From: Syncephalis fuscata S228
Taxonomy: Eukaryota > Fungi > Zoopagomycota
Direction of reading: 5' to 3'
Assembly: GCA_025786725.1 (NCBI GenBank)
Contig: JAHLTZ010000002.1
Coordinates: forward strand, 931,841 to 995,840
Length of the DNA stretch: 64,000 nt
The translations under genes were made by a program, and so were the position numbers. Positions 43,112-55,965 of the stretch are shown piece by piece. The number at the start of each line of letters is the position of its first letter. Position 1 is the first letter of the stretch. The notes beneath the pieces are model-generated. The model did not search any database. It saw only the letters and a program-made list of their open reading frames with translations, and was not told the DNA's origin.

Positions 43112-44086
43112 GTGTTTTGTGAGGAACAGTAAAAGAAAATGGTATTGTGGCAAGTGTAGACACTTTTCTCTCCTATTTGTGGGTAAATACTAATGATCAG
43201 CCCTATTAATTGATCGATGACATGGCCAAAATGGCTTCACACATCCAACTCCGTTGAAAAGTAAACAAATTAAAACACGCTTTTTTCAACAACTGGATTT
43301 TTATTAACCCACAAGTACTTTATTAAGGTGTTTCTTATTAATTAATTATATACTTTTATTTGCTATCGCTGGTTGATTGATGATACAGTATAGATCCTTT
43401 TATTTAACTACACAGCTAGTGCTTATCAATAAAAGAATAAAGATCTATTGACCAAGTAATATGGCTTGTAAAGTACATTAGTTAAATGGTTAATATAAAA
43501 CTAGAATCGTAAAATAAATTAGCCTGTAGCTTGTCGTTTTAACTTGCTATAATGCAATGTTAATGTAAATTATGTTTTTAACCTTCTAGATATGTATTAT
43601 ATTTAAGAAATAATATTAGAGTACGTGCCAATAGTTATTTAATGTTTTGTAGCATTTATATTTAATTAAAATATAATATTATAGCTAAATCCATTAACGT
43701 AGTTCTAATTTAGCAGCAATACTATTAAAGTATTATATATAATTTGTATTTATCAATCAACAAGATGATTTAGTTAATTATACTTTTACTACATCCTCTG
43801 TCTTAAGTGTACAATAACAATAGTGTGTGCGTGTGTGTGTGGTAGTCTGTTATCTATATATACAAATTGACGCTTTGATGTAATATTTTGGTGGTAAGTA
43901 GTATTGACCAATCGTGTTCACGTTTACCATTCTATCTCACTTGTAGATCCACCCGGGTGTTATCGGTCAATTTTGCCCTTTCCTTTTTATTCCTTCTCAC
44001 ATTGTGTGGCTCGTGATCCGTGGACCGACCAACGCTTTTGTTGTTATAGCCACTGTGAATCGTTTTCGTATCTTTTATTTAGCGAT

Positions 44087-44763
44087 ATGTCTGCAGAAGG
44101 TGCTACCGCCAAGATCGCTCAGTTGGCCAACTCGGCTCGTGCCAAGGTCACTGCTAGTTTGAATGCTGAATCGGCACGCAAAGCTATTGATGCTGCATCG
44201 GCCGGTGCACGTAGAGTCGCCGATACCGCTTCTAACCGGGCACAGAACATGCCTGGTCGTATTGGTAGTAAGTAACAGTGGGGCAATAGTCGGATTAAAG
44301 TTGGAATCTAGTATTGGGTTTATCAGAAGCATATACCCCGCTACGTAATGCATATCGACGCGCGTCCATTAAATAGTCTATAGTCTGATATGGATATACT
44401 ATGCACACAGACAAGTGTATTCATTACAATTATATTTCTAACAATTTCAATCAATTCTACTGTTCAATAATAACAATAGGCTTTACACATCGATTCATCT
44501 ACCAAAGCAAAGTAGCAGCAGAGATTGCCAAGGAGACTGCTCGTCGCGAGAAACTCGGTATTCCTCCGGCTGCTGAATGGGAAGCAGCTAAAAAGGAATT
44601 GCTTGAATCAGCCAAGCAATACCAAAATCTACGCCAGCGTTTGTCACAACTTACAGTACGCGATTTTGGTCGTGCTGCTGTTGTAGCGACAGAAATCTAC
44701 GGATTCTTCCTAGTGGGCGAGATTATTGGCCGTCGCAGTTTGGTCGGCTACAAGTTGGACTAA
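44087..44763 (+). CDS. ATP20: Mitochondrial ATP synthase subunit g (2 exons)
   Basis: IYQSKVAAEIAKE..REKLGIPP and VVATEIYGFFLVGEIIGRRSLVGY. Confidence 0.93.
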
Positions 44764-45008
44764 TGGACGCGCGTTATATTGTTTGCAACTTGTTGTTCCT
44801 ATTGCACAATAATACCTATCCACATTTGCAGATCATTCTCTTTCGTGTTTTAGGCAAGTTGGCTACCATTAAAATGACATAACTGTCGTTTCTTGTCATA
44901 AGAATCCCCATTAAAACGTTATAATATGCTTTATATATATCTGTGTGTGTTTGCTTGTTTGTTTGTAATAATAAGCTACTAGTGTAAATCATTATACAGC
45001 AAATCATG

Positions 45009-45365
45009 TTATTTTGTACTGGACAAATTCTCCAATTCCGCCTAAATACGACCATGGTTTAATGTATCATATATCATACATATAATAGTTTAGACTCTAT
45101 ACACAATATACCGTAACTATATTTACCTGAGTCTTTTCACGCTTACGTTCCTTGGCAAGTGCCATACGTTGTTGAACTAATGAACCAGTCACCACCATAC
45201 CATAGACTATTAATAGTATAGCAACAACAGTAATAATAATAATAATATAGATTAGTCTACTGGCTCTAGTTGCGTGTTTATAACGATAAACTATTTATAA
45301 TTACCTGTAACTCCGGCCAAAGCAACGACCGTTGTACGATGAATAAGATCAGCAATAGAAATCAT
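45009..45365 (-). CDS. COX14: Cox14-like cytochrome c oxidase assembly factor (3 exons)
   Basis: Spliced MISIADLIHRTTVVALAGVT|VYGMVVTGSLVQQRMALAKERKREKTQ|AELENLSSTK*; D..HR..V..L...T.YG single-TM pattern. Missed by the ORF track. Confidence 0.7.
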
Positions 45366-45546
45366 TCTTCAAAGCAGTAAAGTTTAGTTGAAAAGTGAAA
45401 TAGAATAGAAAAAGAAAGGCTATTTTTCCCATACGAAATAATCAATACCGCTTTAAAACAATTTATTTTATTAATGTTTAATCATTGCTATACGTAAATC
45501 GGTTATTTAATGGCTGATATTTAATATAAAACTGGTTAAAAGATAT

Positions 45547-46622
45547 TTAGCTATTAATTGATTGATAACCATCACGACGTTGACGTGTTCGGTCTATAAT
45601 ACTGCTGCCTCGATTGCGTGTCATGGTATGGCTTTGACTAAAGTATCGAACATAAAGCCATGCTTCTGCGGCAGCTACAACTAAACTGACCAAAATTGCC
45701 CACAATACACGCTAATTAATTTACAAGTATACAAGTATACAAGTATATAAATAAATGGTTAATACATTAACAATTCATTCCTTATTAATTTATACTTACC
45801 ATAGCCATATCGTTGGTTATCATACCGGTGGCCCAGTATACAGCGGTAAATACACCGGCAATACTAAATAGCACATTAAGAATTGCTACTAGCTGTCTTT
45901 GTGTTTGTCGTGCTTCATTTCCAGCACTTTCATCAGTATTCTGATAGCCTGAAAGACCAAAACCGGGTGAAATGTCATGTACCATATGGGCATATTCTCG
46001 ATTGGCATGTTCAACACGAATGGCTTCTAATCTAGCTGCCAATTCAGGATTCTAATTAAATGGTTATCATTATTATTATATCAACTATATTAATACACAT
46101 TCATCTATTCTATTCATTCCCTTTAGTTACCTGAGGAGGGATGGGTAATGGAGGATCAATGACCACACCACTATCACGTAATAGTTCATGTAACCAATAT
46201 TGTGACTTTTCTATACTGCTATTAATGATTGGTATTTAACTATTTATTGCTTGGTACTTACCCATCGTCATACCAATGCTGCGTTCATAACTAAGCATGC
46301 GACGTGACAACTCTTCTAATAATACAAGGGGTACACCTTTTGTTCCAGTCGTGGTGGGTATTTCTTCAAATGTTTCGATGCTTTCATTTAATGCGCTTGT
46401 AGTAGATGCTTTTTGTTTATGGTCGATAGAGCTTTGTGAAGCAACGCTACGACGTCGCCCTCCTCCTGTGCTAGATGCTGTTTTGCGCATAGGTATGCTT
46501 GTGTCATTTATGCCAGGAATGCTTTTTTGTACTCGGCTACAGAAGCCAATATCTTTGTCAAGGCATAGAATGGCATTACGAGCAGCATGGCGAATACGCT
46601 CGGTTATTTGAAGCTGTAACAT
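45547..46622 (-). CDS. VMA12: V-ATPase assembly factor Vma12/TMEM199
   Basis: YWLHELLRDSGVVI..P, NPELAARLEAIRVEHANREYAHMV, QLVAILNVLFSIAGVFTAVYW, VVAAAEAWLY. Confidence 0.88.
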
Positions 46623-47013
46623 GTTGAAGACTGACAACCACTAGAATAGCCAGGTAGCAGCAATAACAACAGCAACAGGTACGTTTAAGGATGGCGTGTT
46701 AATAGCAAGGATAGTAAAGAATGGGACGTCATCTACAACGTTACATATATATTGTATTATATATTATATTTGTTGTGTGAGAATGAGTATCTATAATAGA
46801 ACTACTCTATAACCATCAACTATTGACAAGTTGACAGTTTTAACTAATAACTAGAAGTGTTTAATGGCTACATACCAATAATGGATGTGTGTGTGTGTGC
46901 GAGTCTACTTCTGGCTTTCATTCTATCGACTATTCTTTCTTTCGTCGTTTATCGGAAATCTACGTGTGTCTTGTGCCGTTTAGTTAGCACGATTCCAACT
47001 CTTTAACATCATC

Positions 47014-47323
47014 ATGGGTGGCTATTATTTGATTGCTGGTCGCAAGGTTGCCAACGAATACGTAAGTACTCGATCCAGGATTAGTTTAGCGTATGGATTC
47101 AAGGACTAATATAATGACGAATATGATACTATGGCGTGTCTAGCTTGCTATGGCTGTACTCGGCTCTATTGTTGGTGGTGTTACTTGGGCCAAGCTATCT
47201 TCTTCTCGCAAGAACGACATCAAGAATGGACCACCCATTACTGCATCGTCTAGCGATGAGGAATCGTTCATTCGTCAATTTATGGCGGCGGCCGAGGATA
47301 AGGAACAGCCTTCAAAGCACTAA
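47014..47323 (+). CDS. ATP19: Mitochondrial ATP synthase subunit k (2 exons)
   Basis: MGGYYLIAGRKVANEY|LAMAVLGSIVGG...PPITASSSDEESFIRQFM. Confidence 0.9.
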
Positions 47324-47673
47324 ATCGTAGCAAAGAAACTACAACCAACCATGTTAATGGAAATATAACATACGAAGATATTAACCATAGTTGACCTTAT
47401 TGTTGGTTATTTTTGCACTATGAATTTACAAGAAATAGAATAATCAGTTTCTTGTCTAATACGTTTAAATAATGTGAATACGTGTATTTTATATATTTAT
47501 ATTGATACAATGACAATAATGTTAATTAATTAATTAATTATTATTATTATTACATATAAATATTAATGTGGATTCTAATTAATTAAATGTAATTCATTTC
47601 CACTATCATAGAATAGTAATTTAATAATCATAATCATAATAATAATAATAATAATAGTAAAAGTGAAATGGGA

Positions 47674-49209
47674 TTAACGCCATAAACATTTAGTTTGTGG
47701 ACGTGCTTTATGGAGTTTTGCCGTAATAACTTCCCAGGCAGCCATCGATTCTTCATCATTTGGAACATCAATATTACCGGCTAGTTCCAATTTACGTAAT
47801 TGAGGCAATGCACCAGCTATCAATGCATCTACTAATCTTTCAAATCCAGATGTATCCACCTGGTTACTGCTTAGATCAAGGAGAGTGAGTGCGGTATTAT
47901 TAGACCATGATGCAATTTGATTAAAAATATTGGCCGATAATGTTATTTGATTGCCATAAAGTGTAATCTGGGTAATTGAAGATGAAGAGTTTAAAAGTGC
48001 CGCCAAACCAATATCGGTGATGTCGTTCTTTGATAAGTCGAGTGAAATACCCGCTACAGCAGCAGTAAGAATGTAGTCATCATTGGTATTTTTGGTGGCT
48101 GTAGCAATAGCACTTGGTAGTGGTGTGACTGATACTGCTAACTGACTGGCCCCTTCATCGCCCAGTGTATTTCCGCGTAATGTAACCTCACAGATCCGAT
48201 TACCAGGACGTGTAAGTAGTTGGGCCAGATGATTAGCACCTACTGCAGTTACTCCACATTGATCCAGTTTTATTTCTTCAAGTGCCAATGAAGTGGCCAA
48301 TACATCCTTGCTTGTTTCGTTTAAAGCCGATAAAAATGCATCACCAGGTGTTATATCTTCTGTGGCATCTTTGCTACCAACCTCTTTACTACTGCTTCCT
48401 TGTTCATTTTCTTTATTCTCATTGTCTTCCGGGGCTGTTGCATAACAATCGGATAGTATAATCTTACGACAAAGTGATGAAGGGTGCGAAAGTGTACAGC
48501 CTAGCTGTGTCATACCCGTCACGTCTAACTCGGTATTACCGGCTAGATTCAATTCTTGTAAACCGTGTTTTGACTTGTTGCCATCTGAGGGTAAAAGAAC
48601 GGTGGCAATATCGGTGGCAAAATCTACACCTAATTTGTTAAAGCTTAGATCTAACGCTATCAATGAACCTTGAGCGACTCTATTCGCTTTAACACCCGCC
48701 ATAATCGATTTAATGGTTGTATCGGTCAAATCATTCTCGGTCAGTATAACATGAGTTAGACTATGATTATTTGTTAGCATGCCTCGTACTGCTTCGGGAA
48801 TAGCATTGGATGCTGTTGCTGTTGCAGCTGCTCCAATGCCACATCGGCCCCAATCCAATAGATGGAGGGATTGATTTTTGCCAATAGCTGTACATAATGC
48901 TTCAAATCCAGTGGGTGCCCGCACGGCCAATTCGCGATCACCAAGTGTCAACGACTGTAGCGTATGATTATGCTGTCCTAGCGTTTGAGCGAGTGCCGAA
49001 AGAGACGCGTTCGACTGTGCATGTCCGCCACAATGCAGCTGAGTAAGTGTATGGTTGTCAGCAAGTGCAGCAAATAGTTGCGCAAACTGGTCAGCCGTTA
49101 AACGGCGCGCCGTCATAACATGCAACGAAACAAAATGAGAATCATTGGTATGTAGACGCCGAATCCAGTTGTCGACTGCTGTTTGGTTATCGTTGTTTCC
49201 CCAAACCAT
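47674..49209 (-). CDS. RNI-like leucine-rich repeat protein, intronless
   Basis: Repeated LxxLxLxxNxLxxxG units (LDLSFNKLG, VTLRGNTLGDEGA, LDLSKNDITDIG, LDLSSNQVDTSG). Confidence 0.85.
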   Translation of the reverse strand: MVWGNNDNQTAVDNWIRRLHTNDSHFVSLHVMTARRLTADQFAQLFAALADNHTLTQLHCGGHAQSNASLSALAQTLGQHNHTLQSLTLGDRELAVRAPTGFEALCTAIGKNQSLHLLDWGRCGIGAAATATASNAIPEAVRGMLTNNHSLTHVILTENDLTDTTIKSIMAGVKANRVAQGSLIALDLSFNKLGVDFATDIATVLLPSDGNKSKHGLQELNLAGNTELDVTGMTQLGCTLSHPSSLCRKIILSDCYATAPEDNENKENEQGSSSKEVGSKDATEDITPGDAFLSALNETSKDVLATSLALEEIKLDQCGVTAVGANHLAQLLTRPGNRICEVTLRGNTLGDEGASQLAVSVTPLPSAIATATKNTNDDYILTAAVAGISLDLSKNDITDIGLAALLNSSSSITQITLYGNQITLSANIFNQIASWSNNTALTLLDLSSNQVDTSGFERLVDALIAGALPQLRKLELAGNIDVPNDEESMAAWEVITAKLHKARPQTKCLWR

Positions 49210-49408
49210 GATAAACACGAACAGTAGTAGTATAGTTAGTGTAGATAGTAGAATGAATACTTTGTAATGATGGTAATAGTTGATTTCTCTTGTAACAATT
49301 TAATATTTGCTCAGTTTATTTGAATTAACATTCTGGTTATTTTCTTTATTAGTGTCCACCACATCCTACGACATTAATACAGACCTGTCTCTGTCGCTAT
49401 CCGTAGTG

Positions 49409-50955
49409 ATGGATACGGAGCCTGCCGACGTGGCTTGCCGTCGTAATCAGAGACCAGATTCTATGCGAGCTATTGATACGCTGCCAATACGTCCGACGCT
49501 GCGTGCGCGATTACATACCAATGGCTACCATACTGTAAAAGATTTGGCTATTGGCTACCACGAAGGACATATTACAACACGTAAATAATGGTCGAGAGTA
49601 GTATTTATTGCAGCTATATAGGCTAACTATTTATTTAGGTATGGGTGTATCTGAAAATGAATTGCTACAAATACAAGAGTATTTACGGTCATTAGAACAG
49701 AAAGGTAGGTCAAGGTTGTTATTTAGCTAGATAATTAGCAATTAAAAGCAATAAAATAAGAGTTAGGATCAAGTGGTGGTATAATGCATTGGAGATGCTA
49801 CAGCATGAAGAAGAGCCCAATCATCGTATTACTACGGGGATTCATCAATTAGATAGTTTGTTAGGTGGTGGCGGTATACCTTGTGGACAACTTGTAGAAA
49901 TTTGTGGCGAACCAGGCATTGGCAAGACACAGTTGGGGTAATTAAATAGTGAGAGCGATCGTAACACATATTAACAAGCACTATTAGAATGCAACTGGCC
50001 GTCAATGTTCAACTACCTCGAGCATTATCGGGTGTAGCTGGAGAAGCCGTGTATATTGGTATGTATTACCAAGTGTATAGTTAGTTGATGGGAATTAACA
50101 TATTGCCACAGATACTGAGGGTAGTTTCCGACCAGAGCGGGTACATAAACTAGCTGAATATGCGGCAAGACGTGCAAATGAACAGTTAAAATGTACGTGT
50201 CTACTGCATAATGTTTATAATTCTTATATTTATTTATTTGTTGTATTGACAAATAGTCGATGCAATGCGAGTACCAGATGTGTTACATCGTATTCATTAC
50301 TTTAGAGTACATACACACTTGGAATTAATTGCCTTAATTCATACGTTAGAAGAATTTGTACGATCACGAACCAAGGTATGTTTATGGCTGTTATTACTGT
50401 TGTACCAATATTAATTACCAAGCTAGATTCGTTTAATCGTTATTGATAGTATTGCTTTTCCATTTCGACAAAGTTTTGAGAATATGTCACAAAGAATACG
50501 CCTATTAACAAATATTGCTCGTTCTCTTTTGTCAATGGCTCGTCAATATCAACTTGGTGTAAGTAGCTAGTTGTATAGCAATAGATGGCTAATATCAGTA
50601 TAGGTATTAATGATCAATCAAATGACGACACAATTGAATCATGCTCAAGGAACATCTACGCTAGTGCCGGCCCTGGGAGATAGCTGGGGACATATGCCAA
50701 ATATACGTCTAACTTTATTTTGGAGACAGAATATTAGGTAGTTTGTACATCTACAATAATTATCATTTTGTAAAAATAACCAATGTAATAGATACGCGCT
50801 ATTATTCAAATCGCCACTTCTTGCGGATGCACTGGCAGCATTTACCATTACAGTACGTGAATGGGCATTAGATTGATTTACTTGATATTCTAACTAAATA
50901 ATTATGTGATATTTAGTCAAATGGATTAGTTGATCTAGATGTGAATACCATATAA
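49409..50955 (+). CDS. RAD51C: RAD51 paralogue, RAD51C-like (multi-exon)
   Basis: [16 protein letters not shown], Walker [65 protein letters not shown]. Confidence 0.88.
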
Positions 50956-51104
50956 TATTCGTATAATTTAAAGGCACCCAGTATTGTATAGTAACTGCTG
51001 TTTATTGATTAGTTGGAATAAAAACAATTTAAAATATTTATTGTTATTAAAATAAGAGGAAAAGTGCTACGGCTATTGCTGGATATGTCGCGCTGTATCT
51101 ATGT

Positions 51105-52251
51105 TTATTTTCCGCGACCACCGAAGCCAAGGCGGCCTGGACGAGTGCCAAGCGCCAACGCTGTACTAATATCATCCTCGACATCTTCTAAGATAGATGG
51201 GCCTGGTGAAAATATTTTCTCGTGGCTAACTGTCTTTCCTTCGGTTACTGGATCAATTACTGTATGGCCACCGCGCATTAGCTGAGCTGCTCGTGTATCA
51301 AAATGACCTGCAGTTTCGCGAACAGCGTGAACCGTTTTGTCCTGTGCAACACCAGCAAAAGCCGTACCAATCGTTTCTCCTAACAGCGAGGCACCCTTTT
51401 TGGTGATGGCATCGGTGATGGCAGGCGTGCCTATTGTTTTGAGCATGATTGCTCCACCAACAAGTCCACTAACGGCACCACCGATGATGTTGGGAATTAG
51501 ACCAACGGCGGTATCTTTAAAGCGCTGTTCCCGAGTACGTGGGTCAGCGGTGTCGTTGCGTACGCCAATGCCTAAGAATTTACGCTCGATAGCCGTTTGT
51601 GTACGATTCCAAACAACTGTACCGGCCACACCGGCTGCCGTGAAGGCTGGTACCGTTGCACCCATCACGCCAAGTACACCGAGACCGGCGGCAGTAGCAA
51701 CTGCGCCAGATACTAGAGAGGGGGCAAGGACTTTGGCTACATTTTTCATACGACTTGATCGGCGATTTGGCGAGGGAAATAGATCGTTTTCCACGGGTAC
51801 CGACGATGCAGGTGCAAAAGCGGTACCATTAGCGGCAAGAGCGGCGTTTTTTTTTTTTCTTGAAGCTCGGCCACTTCTACCGCTGTTAATGCGCCCACCT
51901 TGAAGCCGGTCGATACAGATCCACCTATTGTATCGGCAACATCGGCCCCCATTTTACCAAGTTGTAAGGCTTGGCCCAGTCCATTACTAATGAAGCCGGT
52001 TACCAAGCTAATGCCAAACTGATTACCAATTTCTTTGGCCTCTTTAACAACTTTCTCCTCCAAAGTAGTATGATTACTCTGGCCAGGCAGATCAATAAAC
52101 ACCGGCTTTCCAGGCAGTGAGTCTACCATAGTTCCATTATGACCTGATGCTAATGTTTACTATCACTGATGGGTACAGGGGAAGCAACAACAGTAGTGGT
52201 CACAGATTGTACTGTTAAAATACTAAATAGACATGACACTGAAAGCAGCAT
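51105..52251 (-). CDS. Secreted Gly/Ala-rich protein with several hydrophobic helices, unknown function; apparent frameshifts at ~52157 and 51847-51858
   Basis: Signal-peptide-like MLLSVSCLFSILTVQSVTTTVVASPVP joins the 127-aa and 229-aa ORFs if one A is restored in each of two A-runs. Confidence 0.6.
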
Positions 52252-54085
52252 CAAGGAATTTATGTGTTTATGTGGTAATTATGCTTGGAAATACCAAGTG
52301 CCAATTTTATATTCATTACCAGCTATTATGTGAAGATGTGCAACAACAATCAATAAATCTAGCAAATTATATCGCTATTAAATTAAGCAAGTCTTTAAAT
52401 AATAATAATAGGTTGATGATGATAAACAGATCGAAGGATCTGGTAGAAGACGTCACTAGCAGAAGATAGAAGAGAATAGATGGCGTTAATAAGACCTAAT
52501 AGATTGGGAAAGTAATGTTGGATAAACTTGAAGGTCATAAGACTGAAACAATCTGTTGTACTTAGCTTTATACCGGATGCAGATTGCACGATAACACAAT
52601 AAAAACAAAAATATTGCCCATTTATTAGCGGTAAAGATAGGTAACTGGACTATCTTTCCATGTGTTGATGAAGTCAACAGCGGTAGTGACTCACGTGGCA
52701 CCAAGTAATCGAACGCTAGTGCGTCGGTGATGATTTAGTGAAGTTTGTCTTTAAGCACGAGCGAATGACTGGTTATGGAAAAAACTACAATATATACCTT
52801 TGGGTACTCATGTTAATGCAGTTAATTGGCAATTGTAACTAGAAATTGGCACGTGAAGACAGTTATGGTTCAGCACTAGCCAATCGGAGTGAGGTAGATT
52901 AACTGATTAATATTAATCCATCAGTTTTACTAGTTCGGCATATGGCGGTGTTTGCGGAGATATAAAAAACGCGTGCTTCATATTTGTTTGTGAGTGTGCA
53001 AAATTATGCACCTACACACACGATACTATTGTTTCTATAACAACGACAAGAGTAACCAGCATGGTAACACTGTGCAATGGTATACAGCTAACGGAAATGG
53101 TCCAGGACACGTTATTTCAATAATTGCCTATGCTCAGGCATGAGAATACCTGACGTGGTAGGTAGTACAAATAGTTAAAACACGGTATTTGTGGTTAAAA
53201 TGGCGTCATTATTAAATAAAAACTATATTGCTAATTAGGTGCTGAAGGCAGTAGTTTACAATTTATTGCAACATCTAGTAACAATCTTTGAATGGTAATA
53301 CCAATCAAAATAGTTTTGTACCAAGTCTAATCATTCTTAAATGCTTTAATGGTCTGAATGTTATTTATAACTTTTAATGACCAGAAGCATAAACAATCGT
53401 TTTATTATGTATAATTAGTGGAGCGATTTTAATAAATTTGGCGTAAATGTCAGCCATACTTGTGTTTAACATGAAGTTAGCCGTTTAGTAATAGCACTAC
53501 ATTGGTGATGTTTGTTTTGTTCACTGTAATTAGTATGACTACGTTTGAGTGGATATCTAAAGCATTTTAGTTTTGAATCACAACTGGTTATTGTCTGTTC
53601 TATACTATTGTTTATAATACATTTACAAACTTCACATTATTGCGCTGAATATCTATCTCTACACATTATTTATAAAGATTAAAAATACTATCGCAATCAT
53701 ATTAATTAATCTATTAAAATAATCCTAATTTTAGATACCAAAAAGTATCAAACGTTTTTACGATCATTTTCTAATGACAAGGTGTGCTTATTAGCTAAAA
53801 CTTATTTACTTGTAAATAAAACGTCCAAGTGTAAAACATTTTACTACGATACATACAAGTAAATCTAATTGTGTCTGAGTAAAAATGTGGAAACGACTAT
53901 ATTAAACAAATTTAGATTCAGAAAATTCACAGTTTAGTGATAGAGATACAAGACAAGTACCATTACACTGGTTACCAATATTATTTGTAATAAAAAGACG
54001 CTGTTTCTTTGAAATGTTGGCAAATACCATTTAATCATATGTACGCGACTATTCAAATATACTAGTAGAAAAACTATTTTATACA

Positions 54086-54922
54086 ATGCAATCTTTTCTT
54101 CTAATTTTTGGAATATTGGCACTGCCATTTTTAGCAAGTTCTTACACTTGGGGGTGGCCTGGAACCAAGAGTAGCCTACTGCTTAATGAGGATTTCAAAA
54201 AACCATTGAATGAAAATATATGGAATTTTGATCTTGGTAATGGTTGCGAACAGAATCTCTGCCAATGGGGAAATGGCGAACAGCAAGTATACACCAAGGC
54301 TGGCATTCAAACAAATGCTGATGGGCACTTGAAAATTGTTGCTCGTCGCGAAAATGGCAAATGGACTTCGGGCAGAATCAATACAAAAAACAAGTTTACA
54401 TTCAAATACGGCCGTATTGATGTGCGCGCCAAATTGCCAACGGCTGATGGTGCTTTCCCAGCGATTTGGATGATGCCTCAAAACAGCACATATGGCACCT
54501 GGCCCAACAGCGGTGAAATTGACATTGCAGAGTACCAGTCTTCATGGACCAAGGACGATAAACGCGCTTCGCTTCAGACGCTACACTTTAAAAATCATCA
54601 TGGTGGAAATGCCATGGCATTTAGTACTTCGAGCGACCCTTCCAAATGGCACACGTACACTGTTATGTGGTCTCCCGATTATATCAAGTTTATGCGCGAC
54701 AATGAGTTCAGCGGAGCCTACACTCGTCCGAAGAATGCAACGCCCGATGCATGGCCATATAATCAGGAATTCTACATAGTTTTAAATCTGGCTATTGAGC
54801 CTTCATGGGGCAGCCGAGTCAAAGCCAACGATGACGTGCACACGCTTGAAATTGACTGGATTCGTGTAAGCGATAGATTGGATGCATCCTCGCTATCCTG
54901 TCGCACGCCCAATTGTCGATAG
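54086..54922 (+). CDS. Secreted GH16 beta-1,3-glucanase (laminarinase-type), intronless
   Basis: Signal peptide, WGNGEQQVY, WTSGRINTK, FKYGRIDVRAKLP, catalytic WPNSGEIDIAE, WHTYTVMW, PYNQEFYIVLNLA. Confidence 0.95.
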   Translation: MQSFLLIFGILALPFLASSYTWGWPGTKSSLLLNEDFKKPLNENIWNFDLGNGCEQNLCQWGNGEQQVYTKAGIQTNADGHLKIVARRENGKWTSGRINTKNKFTFKYGRIDVRAKLPTADGAFPAIWMMPQNSTYGTWPNSGEIDIAEYQSSWTKDDKRASLQTLHFKNHHGGNAMAFSTSSDPSKWHTYTVMWSPDYIKFMRDNEFSGAYTRPKNATPDAWPYNQEFYIVLNLAIEPSWGSRVKANDDVHTLEIDWIRVSDRLDASSLSCRTPNCR

Positions 54923-55499
54923 TTGAATATAAACCAAAAATTAAATTGCTTTTGTGCGTTGAAATGCATTATTTGTACTATTCGCTCGTTTGAACAAGAA
55001 TAAATCATTTCTAAAATTTGAATAAGCTGATACATGCATTATTCTATTATCTAGTAATGGCATTGTTTTGAAACCGACATTCAACATTAAAATTTAATTG
55101 TATGGATTACGTGTGATTCCTCAGTTCATTTTGGATGCAATTCGTACAGCAATGACTATGATGCTGAAATTGTTAACACCATTTCTTAATTTATACTATT
55201 TGTAAATTACGTAACAGAAAGCTACATAGAGTATTGCCTTCTTGTACTAATAAAAATTAAGATGAGCGTATTATTTTCAAACTATTTCTTTTAATCTTGG
55301 CATCACACAACCTTGCGGCAGTCCAATTCTATTTAATATAAATTTTTGCTAAAATAGCTTGTTCTATCAACATCATAATTTTTTCGCACATTGTTGATCA
55401 TTACTGTATCTATCAGTATTTTTATTTGCATAAGCATAGACCTATTCACATTTATATTGTGTTTGGTAATTGTGATTATCCAATTCTTTTAATACTAAA

Positions 55500-55965
55500 A
55501 AATTGTAATTGTGCACTTCACCAAAAATTGCTTTAATATGATCTGGATTGGCAGATCTGGGTATTACTGATGTATCGCGTGCTAAAGCCCAATTAATAAG
55601 CACTTGCACTGGCGTGCAGCCGTGCTTCTCCGCAATAGATGTGATAATCGGTCCCAATTGCAATATTGCACCCTGAGATCCAAGTAGACTATACGCCGTC
55701 ATGTGTATACCTTTGCTATGGCAAATTTAACCAATTCGTCTTGTGGCAACTATGGATGTAATTCGACTTGATTGACGGCCGACACCACGTGTGCACTAGC
55801 AAGCAAACGTCCAAATGGCTAATAATAAAGTTGGAAACGCTAATAGTCTTAAATTTGCCAGTTTCTAATAGATCATAATATATAGATATATGTGCATATG
55901 CTCAAGTAATAAAATGGTTACATACCTCCATTGCTCGCCAAGTATCGACAAAGTTGTTTTTGCAA
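55500..55965 (-). pseudogene. Aldo/keto reductase fragment
   Basis: FVDTWRAME, ISVSNF, AVNQVELHP*LPQDELV (in-frame TAG where Tyr is expected), frameshifts, TAYSLLGS, VIPRSANPDHI; no N-terminal half found upstream. Confidence 0.8.
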
